NCBI GenBank assembly: GCA_002796125.1
Contig: PCWA01000035.1
Coordinates: 457 to 64,456 of the forward strand
Origin: Candidatus Ghiorseimicrobium undicola
GTDB lineage: Bacteria > Omnitrophota > Gorgyraeia > Ghiorseimicrobiales > Ghiorseimicrobiaceae
Length of the DNA: 64,000 nucleotides
Direction: 5' to 3'
In this document: positions 1 through 9,877 of the stretch, piece by piece
How the letters are laid out: each line of letters starts with the position of its first letter
How positions within the stretch are numbered: position 1 is the stretch's first letter
Program-made: the position numbers and the translations under genes
The notes under the pieces: generated by a model
What the model was told of the DNA's origin: nothing
Databases searched by the model: none
What the model saw: only the letters and a program-made list of their open reading frames with translations

Positions 1-795
1 TCAAGATTTTCTAAAGCCCAAGATGAATTAGATAAGATTACAGAGGAGTTATCGCGAAAAACAAAAGAATACACCGCTTTAGATAAAGATCTCTCGGACG
101 CCCGCCACAATATGGATAAGCAGAAGAGTGATTATGAATCGGTGTTGAATCAATTGCGTAATAAAAATGAAGCTATAGCCGCTGAACTTGGCAAGGCTAA
201 AGAGGAGAATAAGTCTTTAAGCCATGCTATAGACAACCTTAATCAAACGCTTAAAAACAGGGATAAGGCGCTGGCCGATCTAGGGAAAAAAGTACAGAAT
301 TTGAATGGAGAGGTTAAATCTAAGGATATTGGACTAAAAGATAGAATAGCCGAATTAGCAAAGCTCAAAGATGAACAGGGCCGGGATAAAGCAGCAGTAA
401 AGGAAAAAGACGCGCTTATTCAAAAATTGAATAATTCTGTTAAAGATTTAAGTTCCAAAATTGAAAAAATAAATTTGGTGAAATCTATCCTTGAGGATGA
501 TGTAGCCAGATTTAAAAATGAATTAAAGCAAAAAGCTCCGCCGCCTCAGGTTAGTGAACAAAAACCGCCTATGGCCGTTGTTTCACAAGAGCAGGCCTTG
601 CCTGCCCGTAAAGAAAAACTCACTGATTATGAGATGGTGCATATCCGCCTTTCCAAAGCAGATGAGTTTATCAACCGCGGTGAATATGAATCAGCCAGGA
701 AAGAATTACAGGAAGTATTAAAGATAGATTTTGAAAACAGAGAGGCTTTGGATTTATTGATGCGCGTGGATAATATTTTGAATATCCTTAAATAA
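1..795 (+). CDS. Coiled-coil protein with C-terminal TPR-like segment; 5' end truncated by the window edge (reading frame is open from position 1).
   Basis: No stop upstream of the M at 112 in frame. The translation is strongly K/E-rich heptad-like (coiled coil). The C-terminus (EYESARKELQEVLKIDFENREALDLL) looks TPR-like. It sits directly upstream of the secretin. Confidence 0.5.
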   Translation, partial: SRFSKAQDELDKITEELSRKTKEYTALDKDLSDARHNMDKQKSDYESVLNQLRNKNEAIAAELGKAKEENKSLSHAIDNLNQTLKNRDKALADLGKKVQNLNGEVKSKDIGLKDRIAELAKLKDEQGRDKAAVKEKDALIQKLNNSVKDLSSKIEKINLVKSILEDDVARFKNELKQKAPPPQVSEQKPPMAVVSQEQALPARKEKLTDYEMVHIRLSKADEFINRGEYESARKELQEVLKIDFENREALDLLMRVDNILNILK

Positions 796-814
796 TAAAA
801 TTACAGGAGGACTG

Positions 815-2578
815 ATGAGAATTATAAAAAATGCTGTGTGTTTTTTTCTGGCTGTTTGTTTTCTACTGGGGTTTCCTTTAGGCGTATTCGCCGAGGTGGC
901 AGAAGACTATTTTCAAAGTGCCGCGCAATATTACCTGAGAGGGGATTTGGAGCAGGCCAGGATCCAGCTTGATACAGCCCGGAAAATAGACCCGAATTAT
1001 GAACCGGCTAATAAGTTAAATTCTTTAATTAAGGAAAAGATTGGCTTGGGCGAAAAAGGTGATACGCTTTTGTCTTTGGATTTTCATGACGCGGATATTA
1101 CAGTCGTGCTTCAGGCCCTTTCTAAAGCATACGGTTTAAATATTATCGCCGGTGAAAAGGTTAATGGTAAAGTTACGGTGAGTTTCCGTGAGGTAAATTT
1201 AGAGCAGGCTTTAGATGCTGTTCTGAAGGTGAATGGCTATACTTATGAGCGCAAAAATAATATTATTACGGTATTGCCGGAAAAAGGAGATAAAGAAACG
1301 CTGGTGATTCCTTTAAAATACAGCTCAGCAGACGCGGTTAAAGAGATGTTCGCCAAAACCATTTCTGTCGATGGCGCTATTGAAGTACACCGGGAAGCGA
1401 ATTCTTTGGTTGTAACCGATCTTTCCGGGAATATTAAAAAAATTAAAACTTTAATGAAAGATGTTGATGTTCCGCCTGTGCAGATAAGCATTGAGGCAAA
1501 GCTGGTGGATATACAATCTAAGGATTTGCGCGCCTTGGGAGTAAAATATACCGCGGATTATACGGATACGGATATTTTTGGGCACAGAGGATCGTCTAAT
1601 ACCACGGAAGAAGAAATAAAAGGTACCTTTGATTTAGGCGAGGAGTCATCGAGCCTTTCTGGCGGGCAATTTAGTTTAGAAACATTTAATATCAAGCATT
1701 GGGTTGCCGATGCTACTATTGATGCGCTTATTTCCAAGCAGAAGGCGCATCTTTTAGCCAGCCCCAGTATTACCACTTTAAACAATAGTGAAGCAAAAAT
1801 AATCATCGGTGAAAAGGTTCCTTATAGAGAAGAAACGCAGACGCCCGTAGGTACGACTGAAACGACTAATTTTATTGATGTCGGTATATCGTTAAGTGTT
1901 ACCCCCCGCGTAAGCGACGACGAATATGTCACAATGACTATTCATCCCGAAGTCAGCTCGGTTTCAGAATTGCTGGATGCCGGCCCCCGCATTACTACCC
2001 GTGAAGCGGATACTGTAGTGCGCGTGCGCGATGGCGAAACCGTTGTCATAGGCGGATTAATCAAAAATCAGAATGACGGAGTGCGTTCTCGGATACCTAT
2101 TTTAGGCAATATTCCAATACTTGGTTTATTATTCAGCAATAAGAGTGAAGACAGGCTTCAAACAGAGTTAGCGGTTTTTATTACGCCTCATATTGTGCGC
2201 CCAGGCGTTAAGACAAAACTGGAAAATACATTTAGTCCGGTAAGCGCTGAATCTTTATATACCCGGGCAATGAATTTAATAGACAGGTTGGGAGTGGAAA
2301 CTTGGGATAGGACCAAGGAAGAAACCTTGAGAGAGGCCGCGTCAATTTTTGAGCAGTTAATTAAAGATTATTCCTCTAGCGAAAAAGCAGACGACGCGCT
2401 TTATAATCTTGGGATGATTTATTATCGGGAGAAATCGTTAAAAAATCTGGATAAATCCAAGGCGGCATTTGAACAGTTATTGAAGTGGTATCCGGAATCA
2501 AGGTATGTATCCAGGGCCCAGACAATCCTTAAGAAAATCGCAAGCATACAAAAAAGAGAAAAGGCAAGAAAGAAATAG
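815..2578 (+). CDS. Type II/IV secretion system secretin (GspD/PilQ family) with N- and C-terminal TPR-like modules.
   Basis: Signal peptide present. The secretin C-domain signature is present: VRVRDGETVVIGGLI...IPILGNIPILGLLF...ELAVFITPHIV. A C-terminal extension (about 120 aa) has TPR-like repeats (ALYNLGMIYY..., AAFEQLLKWYPES). Confidence 0.85.
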   Translation: MRIIKNAVCFFLAVCFLLGFPLGVFAEVAEDYFQSAAQYYLRGDLEQARIQLDTARKIDPNYEPANKLNSLIKEKIGLGEKGDTLLSLDFHDADITVVLQALSKAYGLNIIAGEKVNGKVTVSFREVNLEQALDAVLKVNGYTYERKNNIITVLPEKGDKETLVIPLKYSSADAVKEMFAKTISVDGAIEVHREANSLVVTDLSGNIKKIKTLMKDVDVPPVQISIEAKLVDIQSKDLRALGVKYTADYTDTDIFGHRGSSNTTEEEIKGTFDLGEESSSLSGGQFSLETFNIKHWVADATIDALISKQKAHLLASPSITTLNNSEAKIIIGEKVPYREETQTPVGTTETTNFIDVGISLSVTPRVSDDEYVTMTIHPEVSSVSELLDAGPRITTREADTVVRVRDGETVVIGGLIKNQNDGVRSRIPILGNIPILGLLFSNKSEDRLQTELAVFITPHIVRPGVKTKLENTFSPVSAESLYTRAMNLIDRLGVETWDRTKEETLREAASIFEQLIKDYSSSEKADDALYNLGMIYYREKSLKNLDKSKAAFEQLLKWYPESRYVSRAQTILKKIASIQKREKARKK

Positions 2579-2606
2579 CTAAAAATTTAAAGACGTTTAT
2601 TCTGCC

Positions 2607-3827
2607 ATGCCATTTTTTAGATATAAGGTAAGAGATAGGTTCGGAGATGCGGTTAGCGGCCTTGTGGAGGGAGCTAACCCCGCGAGTGTCGCATTGGATC
2701 TGCGTAAGTTAGGTTATAGCGTTATAGACATAGAAGAACAGGGTAGTTTTGAAACAGCTGTAAATAACATATTAAACCGGTTTCGCAAGATTACAAAAGA
2801 AGAGGTGCTGCTCTTTACACGCCAGATATCCGCGATGATGAAGTCCGGCCTCCCGCTGTTGATCAGTCTTGAGAGTACGCTTAGTGAGATGCGGAATAAG
2901 AAATTCAAGGATGTTATTTTGACCATTAAAAAAGATGTGGAATCGGGGAGCGCTTTTAATGAAGCCCTGGCTAAGCATCCGCTGGTTTTTTCGGACTTAT
3001 TCGTAAATATGGTTAAGGCGGGCGAGTCAGCCGGTATATTGGATGATATTTTAGAGCGTCTAACACAGCTTGGAATACGCGATATCGAGTTGAGGAGCAA
3101 GGTGAAGGCGGCATTTACCTATCCTATAGTATTGTTGACCGTGGCAGGCGCGGTAATAATTTTTCTGCTGGTAGGTTTTTTGCCAAATTTTATTTCAAAG
3201 ATTCAGGCTGCCGGGATAAAATTACCTGCCCCCACTTTGTTTTTAATCACTCTGAGTAATTTTTTGCAGAAGTTTTTCGTTTTTATCATATTTGGAGTTA
3301 TTTTTGCGGTCATGTCTTTTTTTAGATACATTAAGACTGAAAAAGGCCGTTATAATTTTCATCATTTTCTTTTAACTATGCCGATATTCGGGCCTTTGTA
3401 TCTTAAAGTTTTGGTAGCGCGCTTTGCCTATACGTTGGCAGCATTGACAAAAAGCGGCATACCTATATTACAGGCTTTGGCGATAGTCGAGGGTACTGTC
3501 GGCAACGCGGTCTTAGTTCATGCAATACAACATGTGCGTTCAAGCCTTAGTGAGGGCCAGAGCCTGGCAGAGCCTTTTCGCGCGAGCGGGCTTTTTCCGG
3601 CGATGGTTACGCAAATGATTTCTGCGGGTGAAAAAACCGGTAAATTAGATAATATGCTGGAAGATGTGGCAAATTTTTATGAATTAGAGACAGGTTATTC
3701 TATACGCAATGTAACGACATTGCTTGAGCCGATTTTATTATTAGGCATGGGTTTGATTGTAGGATTTATTGCGCTGTCGGTGCTTTTGCCTGTTTTGAAT
3801 GTAGTTAAATCAATGCAATACACATAA
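2607..3827 (+). CDS. gspF: Type II secretion / type IV pilus inner-membrane platform protein (GspF/PilC family).
   Basis: 406 aa with two T2SSF-like repeats and three TM segments. Typical motifs are LTRQISAMMKSGLPLL and LTKSGIPILQAL. Confidence 0.85.
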   Translation: MPFFRYKVRDRFGDAVSGLVEGANPASVALDLRKLGYSVIDIEEQGSFETAVNNILNRFRKITKEEVLLFTRQISAMMKSGLPLLISLESTLSEMRNKKFKDVILTIKKDVESGSAFNEALAKHPLVFSDLFVNMVKAGESAGILDDILERLTQLGIRDIELRSKVKAAFTYPIVLLTVAGAVIIFLLVGFLPNFISKIQAAGIKLPAPTLFLITLSNFLQKFFVFIIFGVIFAVMSFFRYIKTEKGRYNFHHFLLTMPIFGPLYLKVLVARFAYTLAALTKSGIPILQALAIVEGTVGNAVLVHAIQHVRSSLSEGQSLAEPFRASGLFPAMVTQMISAGEKTGKLDNMLEDVANFYELETGYSIRNVTTLLEPILLLGMGLIVGFIALSVLLPVLNVVKSMQYT

Positions 3828-3854
3828 AACTGAATATTTCACAAGGAGGTTTAA

Positions 3855-4328
3855 ATGTTATTTAAGAGAGAAAAAATGCCAAGAGGAAAAAAAGGTTTTA
3901 CATTAATCGAGCTTTTAATAGTAGCTACGATTATTGCGATATTGGCAATGATAGTTATACCGAATTTTGCGGGATTTGATGTTGGGGCGAGAGTCGCCGC
4001 GACCCAAAGTAACTTAAATATTATCCGCACCGCAATTACCGTATTCAGAAGCAAGGAAGGGGCTTATCCTGTTTCTCTTGCGGATTTAGTCAATACAACC
4101 TATCTGGACGCCGGTATTCCCCGGCCGTATCTAAGAAAGATGCCGCCTGAGTTAATCAGCGATAAATCAGGCAATAGTTTCTATGTAGATCAGTTGTCTA
4201 CGGATCCTTTGTCGGGTGCAGGAGGATGGGCATATTTTACAAACCAAGCCGATGTAGTGGTAAATATTAATGCGCCTTTAGATGTGAAATGGAGCGAATA
4301 TAAAGGCGAAAATCCTTCCCAATGGTGA
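3855..4328 (+). CDS. gspG: Major pseudopilin / prepilin, GspG-like.
   Basis: Canonical prepilin N-terminus KKGFTLIELLIVATIIAILA (class III signal: G-FTLIE plus hydrophobic helix). SD aggagg lies 6 nt upstream of the ATG. Confidence 0.85.
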   Translation: MLFKREKMPRGKKGFTLIELLIVATIIAILAMIVIPNFAGFDVGARVAATQSNLNIIRTAITVFRSKEGAYPVSLADLVNTTYLDAGIPRPYLRKMPPELISDKSGNSFYVDQLSTDPLSGAGGWAYFTNQADVVVNINAPLDVKWSEYKGENPSQW

Positions 4329-4699
4329 GGTTGTCAGGTAATTATACTCTAAAACATTTACGCGGAGCAACATTATTATTAGCAATAATTGCACTCTCCG
4401 CGCTTTCTTTGTTCGGCTTGAGTTTAATCAATCTAACTATATCGCGCATAATTAACGTTGATTTAGAGATAGATAAAGTAAAAGCCCTCTATGTGGCGGA
4501 GGCGGGCATAGCCAAATCATTACATGAGCTTAAGAAAGGCCTGGATCCTGATGGCGACGGGATAGGAGTAATAGCCCGTAGTAAATTTTTTGAAGGCACT
4601 TTCGAAGTAACTTATAATGCTGCCTTGTTTACGTTTACATCTATAGGCAGAGTAAATGGAGTGGAGCGTTTAATTCAACTGAAGTGTGTGGGAGGCTGA
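4322..4699 (+). CDS. Small membrane-anchored pilus-assembly / minor pseudopilin-like protein (no canonical prepilin motif).
   Basis: Single N-terminal TM (LLLAIIALSALSLFGLSLINLTI). Embedded between pilin genes and overlaps its neighbours (4-nt and 1-nt overlaps). Function is inferred from context only. Confidence 0.35.
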   Translation: MVRLSGNYTLKHLRGATLLLAIIALSALSLFGLSLINLTISRIINVDLEIDKVKALYVAEAGIAKSLHELKKGLDPDGDGIGVIARSKFFEGTFEVTYNAALFTFTSIGRVNGVERLIQLKCVGG

Positions 4700-5112
4700 T
4701 GCAAAATAAAAAATTAAACACGGCATTTACCTATATTGAAATGATGGTGACAGTGGTGATCGTTGCCATCTGTTTTGTTCCGTTGATACAGGTTTTTTCG
4801 GACAGTATAGCTAAAATTGGTTATGCCGGAGATAAACTGACTGCTCTTAATTTAGCCAGGGATGAAATGGAGAAGATCAAAAATCTAAATTTAACTGAGG
4901 CGCAGTTTATATCGATGGGCAATGTTATTATTCCCGCTAAAGATAAGCCTCCTTTAAAGCGGAATAAGGCGTATTGGAGAATTGAGCGCATATTAAAAGA
5001 AAATTCAGATCCTTTGGAAGTGCGTGTAATTGTCTATCGCCAAGGAAAAGAAGCATACAAGGTGTTAGAATTGGCGACGCTGATAGAAGACCTGGAATGG
5101 AGCGCCGATTAA
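4699..5112 (+). CDS. Minor pseudopilin (prepilin-type N-terminal domain, atypical Ala at -1).
   Basis: N-terminus MQNKKLNTAFTYIEMMVTVVIVAI has the F-T-x-I-E-M motif plus a hydrophobic helix, with Ala in place of the usual Gly at the cleavage site. The ATG at 4699 overlaps the preceding stop (tgATG) and is preceded by gggagg. Confidence 0.6.
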   Translation: MQNKKLNTAFTYIEMMVTVVIVAICFVPLIQVFSDSIAKIGYAGDKLTALNLARDEMEKIKNLNLTEAQFISMGNVIIPAKDKPPLKRNKAYWRIERILKENSDPLEVRVIVYRQGKEAYKVLELATLIEDLEWSAD

Positions 5113-5144
5113 AAAGATATGCCGGATAAAAAGGCGTTAATTTT

Positions 5145-6386
5145 ATGATTAGGAAAGCAGAATCATTTTTCAGGATTTTTAGCCCTAAAAAGCGTTTATT
5201 TCCGGCTGGGCTGACACTTGTTGAACTGCTGGTGGTTATTGTCTTGGCTGTTATAGTGACCAGCGTAGTTAGTTTGACTTTGAGGGCCGGGTTGGGATCA
5301 TGGCAGATAGGCGAGGGAGAGATAGCCTTGCAGCGCCAGGCACAGCGAATAATGGAGGAAATTATAGAAGGCAAAGATGATATTCCGGGAATTAGAGAAG
5401 CTTTAAGTGTTGTGGAAGCGGACGTTAATTCTTTAGGAGTTGTGCCATTATGGGAAGATATTTATAGGAATTATCAAAAAGAAGAAGCGGAATTCGTATT
5501 GACAAAGCCGTTTAGTCCGGGAGCGCCGCTTCCCATTGGGCAAATGAAGACTCCCGGCTCAAAAAAATATATATCCGTGCCGGCAGTTTTTCTTTATGAT
5601 GAAGACGGTACTTCGCGGGCTGGCGGAAATACGGTAAAATTCCTTAATTCCGTCCCCAGGGGCAGCGATGTCAGGTTGTTATATTTTCCGGACGCCTCAG
5701 GAGACTCCAGTGTTATTATGCGATATTATTGGGATAGGAATTCCAGGAAAATATTCAGGGAATACCGCGGCAGAAAAGAAGAGGTGGTTAAATATGACAG
5801 GAATGTTAATATCGCCGATTTAAAATTTTTATATTATGATAATTTAAATAATATGCTCAGTGTGGGAAAAAAAAGTTCTCTTTCTGCAGTTGGGATAGAT
5901 TTTATTGTTGAAAAAAACAATGTTTTACGGGAGCTTTCTTCTTTTGTTTCTATACGGGGATTGGGCGGTAATTTGGGCAGCGGTTTGGCCTTAAATGAAG
6001 AGATGGAGGTTTTGATTCCCGATAGTAAGCAGATACGCACACTCGCCTTAGATAATATATGGGGAATATCAGACGATGATAAGCTTGATATCGAAATTTC
6101 CGGATACGGCCGCACATGGAAAATTAGTATAGATTTTGGCATATCCGGGGCAGAGCCGTCGATATTAGGATTTAATATCGAGTATCCGCCCGGTTCAGTC
6201 GTATATACGAATAAGCGTATCAGGCCTGCCAAAAGCGGTTTAAATTTATTAAAATTAGGTAATGATTATTATGATTATGACGACGATGCCAATGTCGAAG
6301 ACATAGTTGATGTAAGCGGGGAGGAAGTAAAATTTAGAGTTACGCGTATGGATATATCCGCCGCGGCAATATTTGTAAGGCCTTAA
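5145..6386 (+). CDS. Large pseudopilin-like protein with prepilin N-terminus (GspK/PilX-like).
   Basis: N-terminus FPAGLTLVELLVVIVLAVIVTSVV is a G-LTLVE prepilin cleavage/methylation motif, followed by a ~380-aa domain. Confidence 0.6.
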   Translation: MIRKAESFFRIFSPKKRLFPAGLTLVELLVVIVLAVIVTSVVSLTLRAGLGSWQIGEGEIALQRQAQRIMEEIIEGKDDIPGIREALSVVEADVNSLGVVPLWEDIYRNYQKEEAEFVLTKPFSPGAPLPIGQMKTPGSKKYISVPAVFLYDEDGTSRAGGNTVKFLNSVPRGSDVRLLYFPDASGDSSVIMRYYWDRNSRKIFREYRGRKEEVVKYDRNVNIADLKFLYYDNLNNMLSVGKKSSLSAVGIDFIVEKNNVLRELSSFVSIRGLGGNLGSGLALNEEMEVLIPDSKQIRTLALDNIWGISDDDKLDIEISGYGRTWKISIDFGISGAEPSILGFNIEYPPGSVVYTNKRIRPAKSGLNLLKLGNDYYDYDDDANVEDIVDVSGEEVKFRVTRMDISAAAIFVRP

Positions 6387-6397
6387 AAAAACGGAGA

Positions 6398-8104
6398 ATG
6401 CACATGGAAAACCTGGATAAGAAAAGAATGCTGATAGGGGAAATCCTGTTGAAGGAGGGTGTGATAAACGATAAACAGCTAAAGGATGCCTTAAAAGAAC
6501 AGCAGGCTACCGGAAGGCCGCTGGGAGATATTTTAGTCCAGAAGCGGATTATCAGCGAGGAGGATGTGGCGATTAGGCTCAGCGAGCAGCTAAAAATTCC
6601 TTATGTGGATTTAGCGTTTTATTCAATTGAGAATAATATTTTGAACCTTATTCCGGAAAAAGTTGCCAGGAAGTTTAATGTCATGCCGCTTTTTAAAATA
6701 GGCGATTCGCTTACAGTGGCTATGGTTGATCCTTTGGACATAGGAGTAGTTGACCAGCTTATGCAGGTGGCAAAATGCGAAATAGAGCCTGTATTTGCGA
6801 CTAGCTCAAATATTCATGAGGCGATAGATAAATATTATGGCGCCGGCCTTAAGCCATTTGAACAGGCGATAGAAGATATTAAAATAACGCATCAGGAAGA
6901 GTCGCTAAAGCGCCCGGCAGGCAGGGCCGCGGTTGCAAAGTTTTCCTCTCCAGATCAGGCGCCGATAGTTAAATTGGTTAATTCCTTAATAGAGGATGCC
7001 GTAGCTAATGATGTCAGCGATATCCACATCGAGCCGGCTGACAATGCTTTGTTTGCCCGCTATAGGATAGACGGGGTACTTTACGATGTTACGGCCCCTC
7101 CGCGCAAGTTCCAGGAGGCGATAGTTTCCCGTATTAAGATTATGGCGAATATGGATATTGCCGAAAAACGGCTTCCGCAGGAAGGGCGTATTCAAATGCG
7201 CGTTTCCGGAAAGGAAATAGACCTAAGGATTTCTACTTTTCCGACAATCTATGGCGAAAATTTGGTTATCCGCATATTAGACCGCAGTAATGTTCTTTTA
7301 GAGATAGGCGATTTAGGTTTTAATCCGCAGCATTTAACACAATTTGAACAATTAATTACGAGGCCATATGGAATAATACTTGTTACCGGCCCCACCGGAT
7401 CAGGAAAGACGACCACGCTTTATGCCTCTTTAAACAAGATAAATTCTACCGACAAAAATATAATTACTCTGGAAGATCCGGTAGAGTATCGCCTGGAGCG
7501 GATAAGGCAATCACAGATCGATGTTAAATCCGGCTTGACTTTCGCAAAAGGCCTGCGTTCAATATTAAGGCAGGATCCGGATGTGATAATGGTCGGTGAA
7601 ATCAGAGATTTGGAAACAGCCGAAATCGCAATTCATGCCGCCCTGACCGGGCATTTGGTTTTTGCCACGCTTCATACGAATGACGCGGCAGGGGCTATCG
7701 GGCGGCTTGTGGATATGGGTATTGAGCCGTTTTTAATATCTTCTTCGCTTGCCGGTGTTTTAGCACAGCGGCTTATCCGTCGCATCTGCCAAAATTGTAA
7801 AGAAACTTACAAGGCGCAGGAAGGAGTCGTTAAAGAGTTAAAGCTGGATAAAGATGATCTTTCTAGAGGTAAAGGCTGCGATAAATGCCGTGGCACCGGA
7901 TATAAGGGGCGAACGGCTATTTTTGAGCTGCTTATCCCGAATGAACAAATAAAAGAATTAATTATTGAGAAGGCCTCGTCTGATAAAATAAGAAAAGCCG
8001 CCATTGCCGCAAAAATGCAGACACTCTACGAGCACGGATTGTTAAAAGTTAAATCCGGGTTAACTACGGCGGAAGAAGTAATGCGGCTTACCATCGAAGA
8101 ATAG
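6398..8104 (+). CDS. Type II secretion / type IV pilus assembly ATPase (GspE/PilB family).
   Basis: N-terminal T2SSE_N domain, Walker A GPTGSGKTTT, Asp box, Walker B, and a C-terminal tetracysteine zinc motif (CQNCK...CDKCRGTGYKGR). Confidence 0.9.
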   Translation: MHMENLDKKRMLIGEILLKEGVINDKQLKDALKEQQATGRPLGDILVQKRIISEEDVAIRLSEQLKIPYVDLAFYSIENNILNLIPEKVARKFNVMPLFKIGDSLTVAMVDPLDIGVVDQLMQVAKCEIEPVFATSSNIHEAIDKYYGAGLKPFEQAIEDIKITHQEESLKRPAGRAAVAKFSSPDQAPIVKLVNSLIEDAVANDVSDIHIEPADNALFARYRIDGVLYDVTAPPRKFQEAIVSRIKIMANMDIAEKRLPQEGRIQMRVSGKEIDLRISTFPTIYGENLVIRILDRSNVLLEIGDLGFNPQHLTQFEQLITRPYGIILVTGPTGSGKTTTLYASLNKINSTDKNIITLEDPVEYRLERIRQSQIDVKSGLTFAKGLRSILRQDPDVIMVGEIRDLETAEIAIHAALTGHLVFATLHTNDAAGAIGRLVDMGIEPFLISSSLAGVLAQRLIRRICQNCKETYKAQEGVVKELKLDKDDLSRGKGCDKCRGTGYKGRTAIFELLIPNEQIKELIIEKASSDKIRKAAIAAKMQTLYEHGLLKVKSGLTTAEEVMRLTIEE

Positions 8105-8110
8105 GCTTTA

Positions 8111-8620
8111 ATGGAGATGTTGGATTATATAAGGCAGAGGCGTGCTGTGCGCAGGTATAAGGATGCTGTCCCCGAAGAAGGCTATATAGAAAAGATTTTA
8201 GAGGCAGGCCGTTGGGCCCCTTCCGGTTTGAATAACCAGCCGTGGCGGTTTTTAGTAATTAAGGATAAAGAAAGAAAAGCCGCCATATCAAAATTTACAA
8301 AATACGCGAAGATTATAGAATCTGCCCCGGTATTAGTTATAGTCTGCATGGATGTAGCAGATTCTTACAATCGCGACAAGGATTTAATGGCAATTGGTGC
8401 CTGCATACAAAACATATTGCTTGAGGCGCACTCGCTTGATATGGGGGCTTGCTGGCTGGGAGAAATATTGAATAATAAAGGCCGCCTGTCGAAGTATCTC
8501 GGCTTAGATGATGATTTTGAAATTATGGCAGTTTTGGCGGTTGGGTTTTCGGATGAGGAACTAACGGAAGGCTGCCGTAAGCCTTTAATGAAATTAATGA
8601 TAAAAGCCGATGAAAATTAG
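8111..8620 (+). CDS. Nitroreductase-family flavoprotein.
   Basis: RRAVRRY...GRWAPSGLNNQPWRF motif typical of the NADH oxidase / nitroreductase fold. Confidence 0.7.
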   Translation: MEMLDYIRQRRAVRRYKDAVPEEGYIEKILEAGRWAPSGLNNQPWRFLVIKDKERKAAISKFTKYAKIIESAPVLVIVCMDVADSYNRDKDLMAIGACIQNILLEAHSLDMGACWLGEILNNKGRLSKYLGLDDDFEIMAVLAVGFSDEELTEGCRKPLMKLMIKADEN

Positions 8621-8621
8621 C

Positions 8622-8650
8622 TTGACAACTTTATTATGCTATGGTATATT
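8622..8650 (+). promoter_or_regulatory. Sigma-70-like promoter candidate upstream of the heme operon.
   Basis: TTGACA at 8622-8627, a 17-nt spacer, TATATT at 8645-8650. A ~100-nt AT-rich leader runs to sirC. Confidence 0.5.
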
Positions 8651-8754
8651 ATTTTTTCTGGTTGAAATATAAGTAATTGGTAGATAAGTAGTTAAAGATA
8701 TTTTTTTTATTTTTATTTGTGAAAAAATTAACAAGGTAATCAACAAAAATAATT

Positions 8755-9405
8755 ATGCCCGGATATTATCCTGTTAACTTAAATCTCAAGGCGAAAAAAT
8801 GTGTTGTTGTCGGCGGCGGAGATGTTGCTCTGCGTAAGGTAAGGCGCCTTATTTCTTGCGGGGCTAAAGTTGAAGTCATAAGCCCTAAATTTGCGCCGCA
8901 TTTTAAAAAAGCGGCTGTTCACGGGCGCGCGGTTTTGAAAAAAAAGCATGTAAATATATGCGATATAAATGACGCTTTTTTGGTAATCGCCGCTACAGGC
9001 GATCGGCGAATAAATAATTTGATATCATCTTACTGCATGGAAAAAGGCACGCTGGTTAATGTAGTCGACTGCCCTGATGATTGTAATTTTATCCTGCCTT
9101 CCATAGTGGAAAAAGGAGACCTTACTATTAGCATATCTACCTCTGGGGTAAGCCCGGCGCTATCTAAGAAAATCCGCGTAGAGCTGGAGAAAAAATTCGG
9201 CAGTGAATACGCGGAATTTTTGCGCCTGATGAAAAAAATCCGTCCCCGGGTGATTTCGCTTGTAAATAAACCGGCGGCGCGGAAGGCGTTTTTTAAGAAA
9301 GTCGCTAGTTCTCAGGCGCTGACTCTTATCAAAAAACACAAAAGAAAACAGCTGGAAAAGAAGATTGCGCGAATGTTAAAAGATATCCCCAGGATACCCC
9401 GGTGA
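8755..9405 (+). CDS. sirC: Precorrin-2 dehydrogenase / sirohydrochlorin ferrochelatase (SirC/Met8-like, CysG N-terminal domain family).
   Basis: N-terminal Rossmann VVVGGGDVALRKVRRLISCGAKVEVISP, about 216 aa, matching siroheme synthase N-domain proteins. Confidence 0.75.
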   Translation: MPGYYPVNLNLKAKKCVVVGGGDVALRKVRRLISCGAKVEVISPKFAPHFKKAAVHGRAVLKKKHVNICDINDAFLVIAATGDRRINNLISSYCMEKGTLVNVVDCPDDCNFILPSIVEKGDLTISISTSGVSPALSKKIRVELEKKFGSEYAEFLRLMKKIRPRVISLVNKPAARKAFFKKVASSQALTLIKKHKRKQLEKKIARMLKDIPRIPR

Positions 9406-9409
9406 TTTT

Positions 9410-9850
9410 ATGCCCTCAATAGACAATTTCTATTTATCGCTTCACCTTTTATCTATACATTTAAGTTATTTCGCGTTTTTTTCCGCTTTTATTGCCGCGA
9501 TAGCCTACTTGATACAGGATGCCAGCCTCAAGAGCAGAAAATTACACCCTTTGCTTATGCGCATGCCTGATTTGTCATTTCTGGACAAATGGAATTATTC
9601 TTCTATCGGGCTGGGGTTTCCCGTATTGACCATGGCTATTATTTCCGGCTCTCTTTGGCTCAATGATACTACCGGCTCTTTCTGGCAGTGGAATCCCCGC
9701 GCGTTATATTCTCTTGTTTTATGGCTGACATACGCGGTTATACTCCACGTGAGGCTTTCTTCTAAAATCCGCGGCAGAAAAGTAGCTTTTTTATCCATAG
9801 TAGCTTTTTTAATAATTATTTTTACCTTTTTCAGTAATTGCAATTTTTAA
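9410..9850 (+). CDS. HemX / CcsA-family cytochrome c assembly-like membrane protein (short form).
   Basis: Polytopic membrane protein with a degenerate W-rich segment (LWLNDTTGSFWQWNPRALYSLVLWLTYA). Its position between sirC and hemA matches the hemAX arrangement of Firmicutes. Only 146 aa, so possibly truncated. Confidence 0.45.
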   Translation: MPSIDNFYLSLHLLSIHLSYFAFFSAFIAAIAYLIQDASLKSRKLHPLLMRMPDLSFLDKWNYSSIGLGFPVLTMAIISGSLWLNDTTGSFWQWNPRALYSLVLWLTYAVILHVRLSSKIRGRKVAFLSIVAFLIIIFTFFSNCNF

Positions 9851-9877
9851 AACTGCCTAACCGCTTGAGGAATTTGG

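Noticed and set aside
1243-1806. Two 82-aa minus-strand ORFs inside the secretin gene.
   Set aside because: Fully embedded antisense in a well-supported CDS, with low-complexity translations and no RBS or domain signal. Typical spurious shadow ORFs.
9410-9850. Considered calling the HemX-like ORF a pseudogene (146 aa versus ~270 aa for HemX/CcsA).
   Set aside because: No in-frame stop or frameshift evidence upstream, since it starts 5 nt after the sirC stop. Short CcsA-like proteins exist. Insufficient basis for a pseudogene call.
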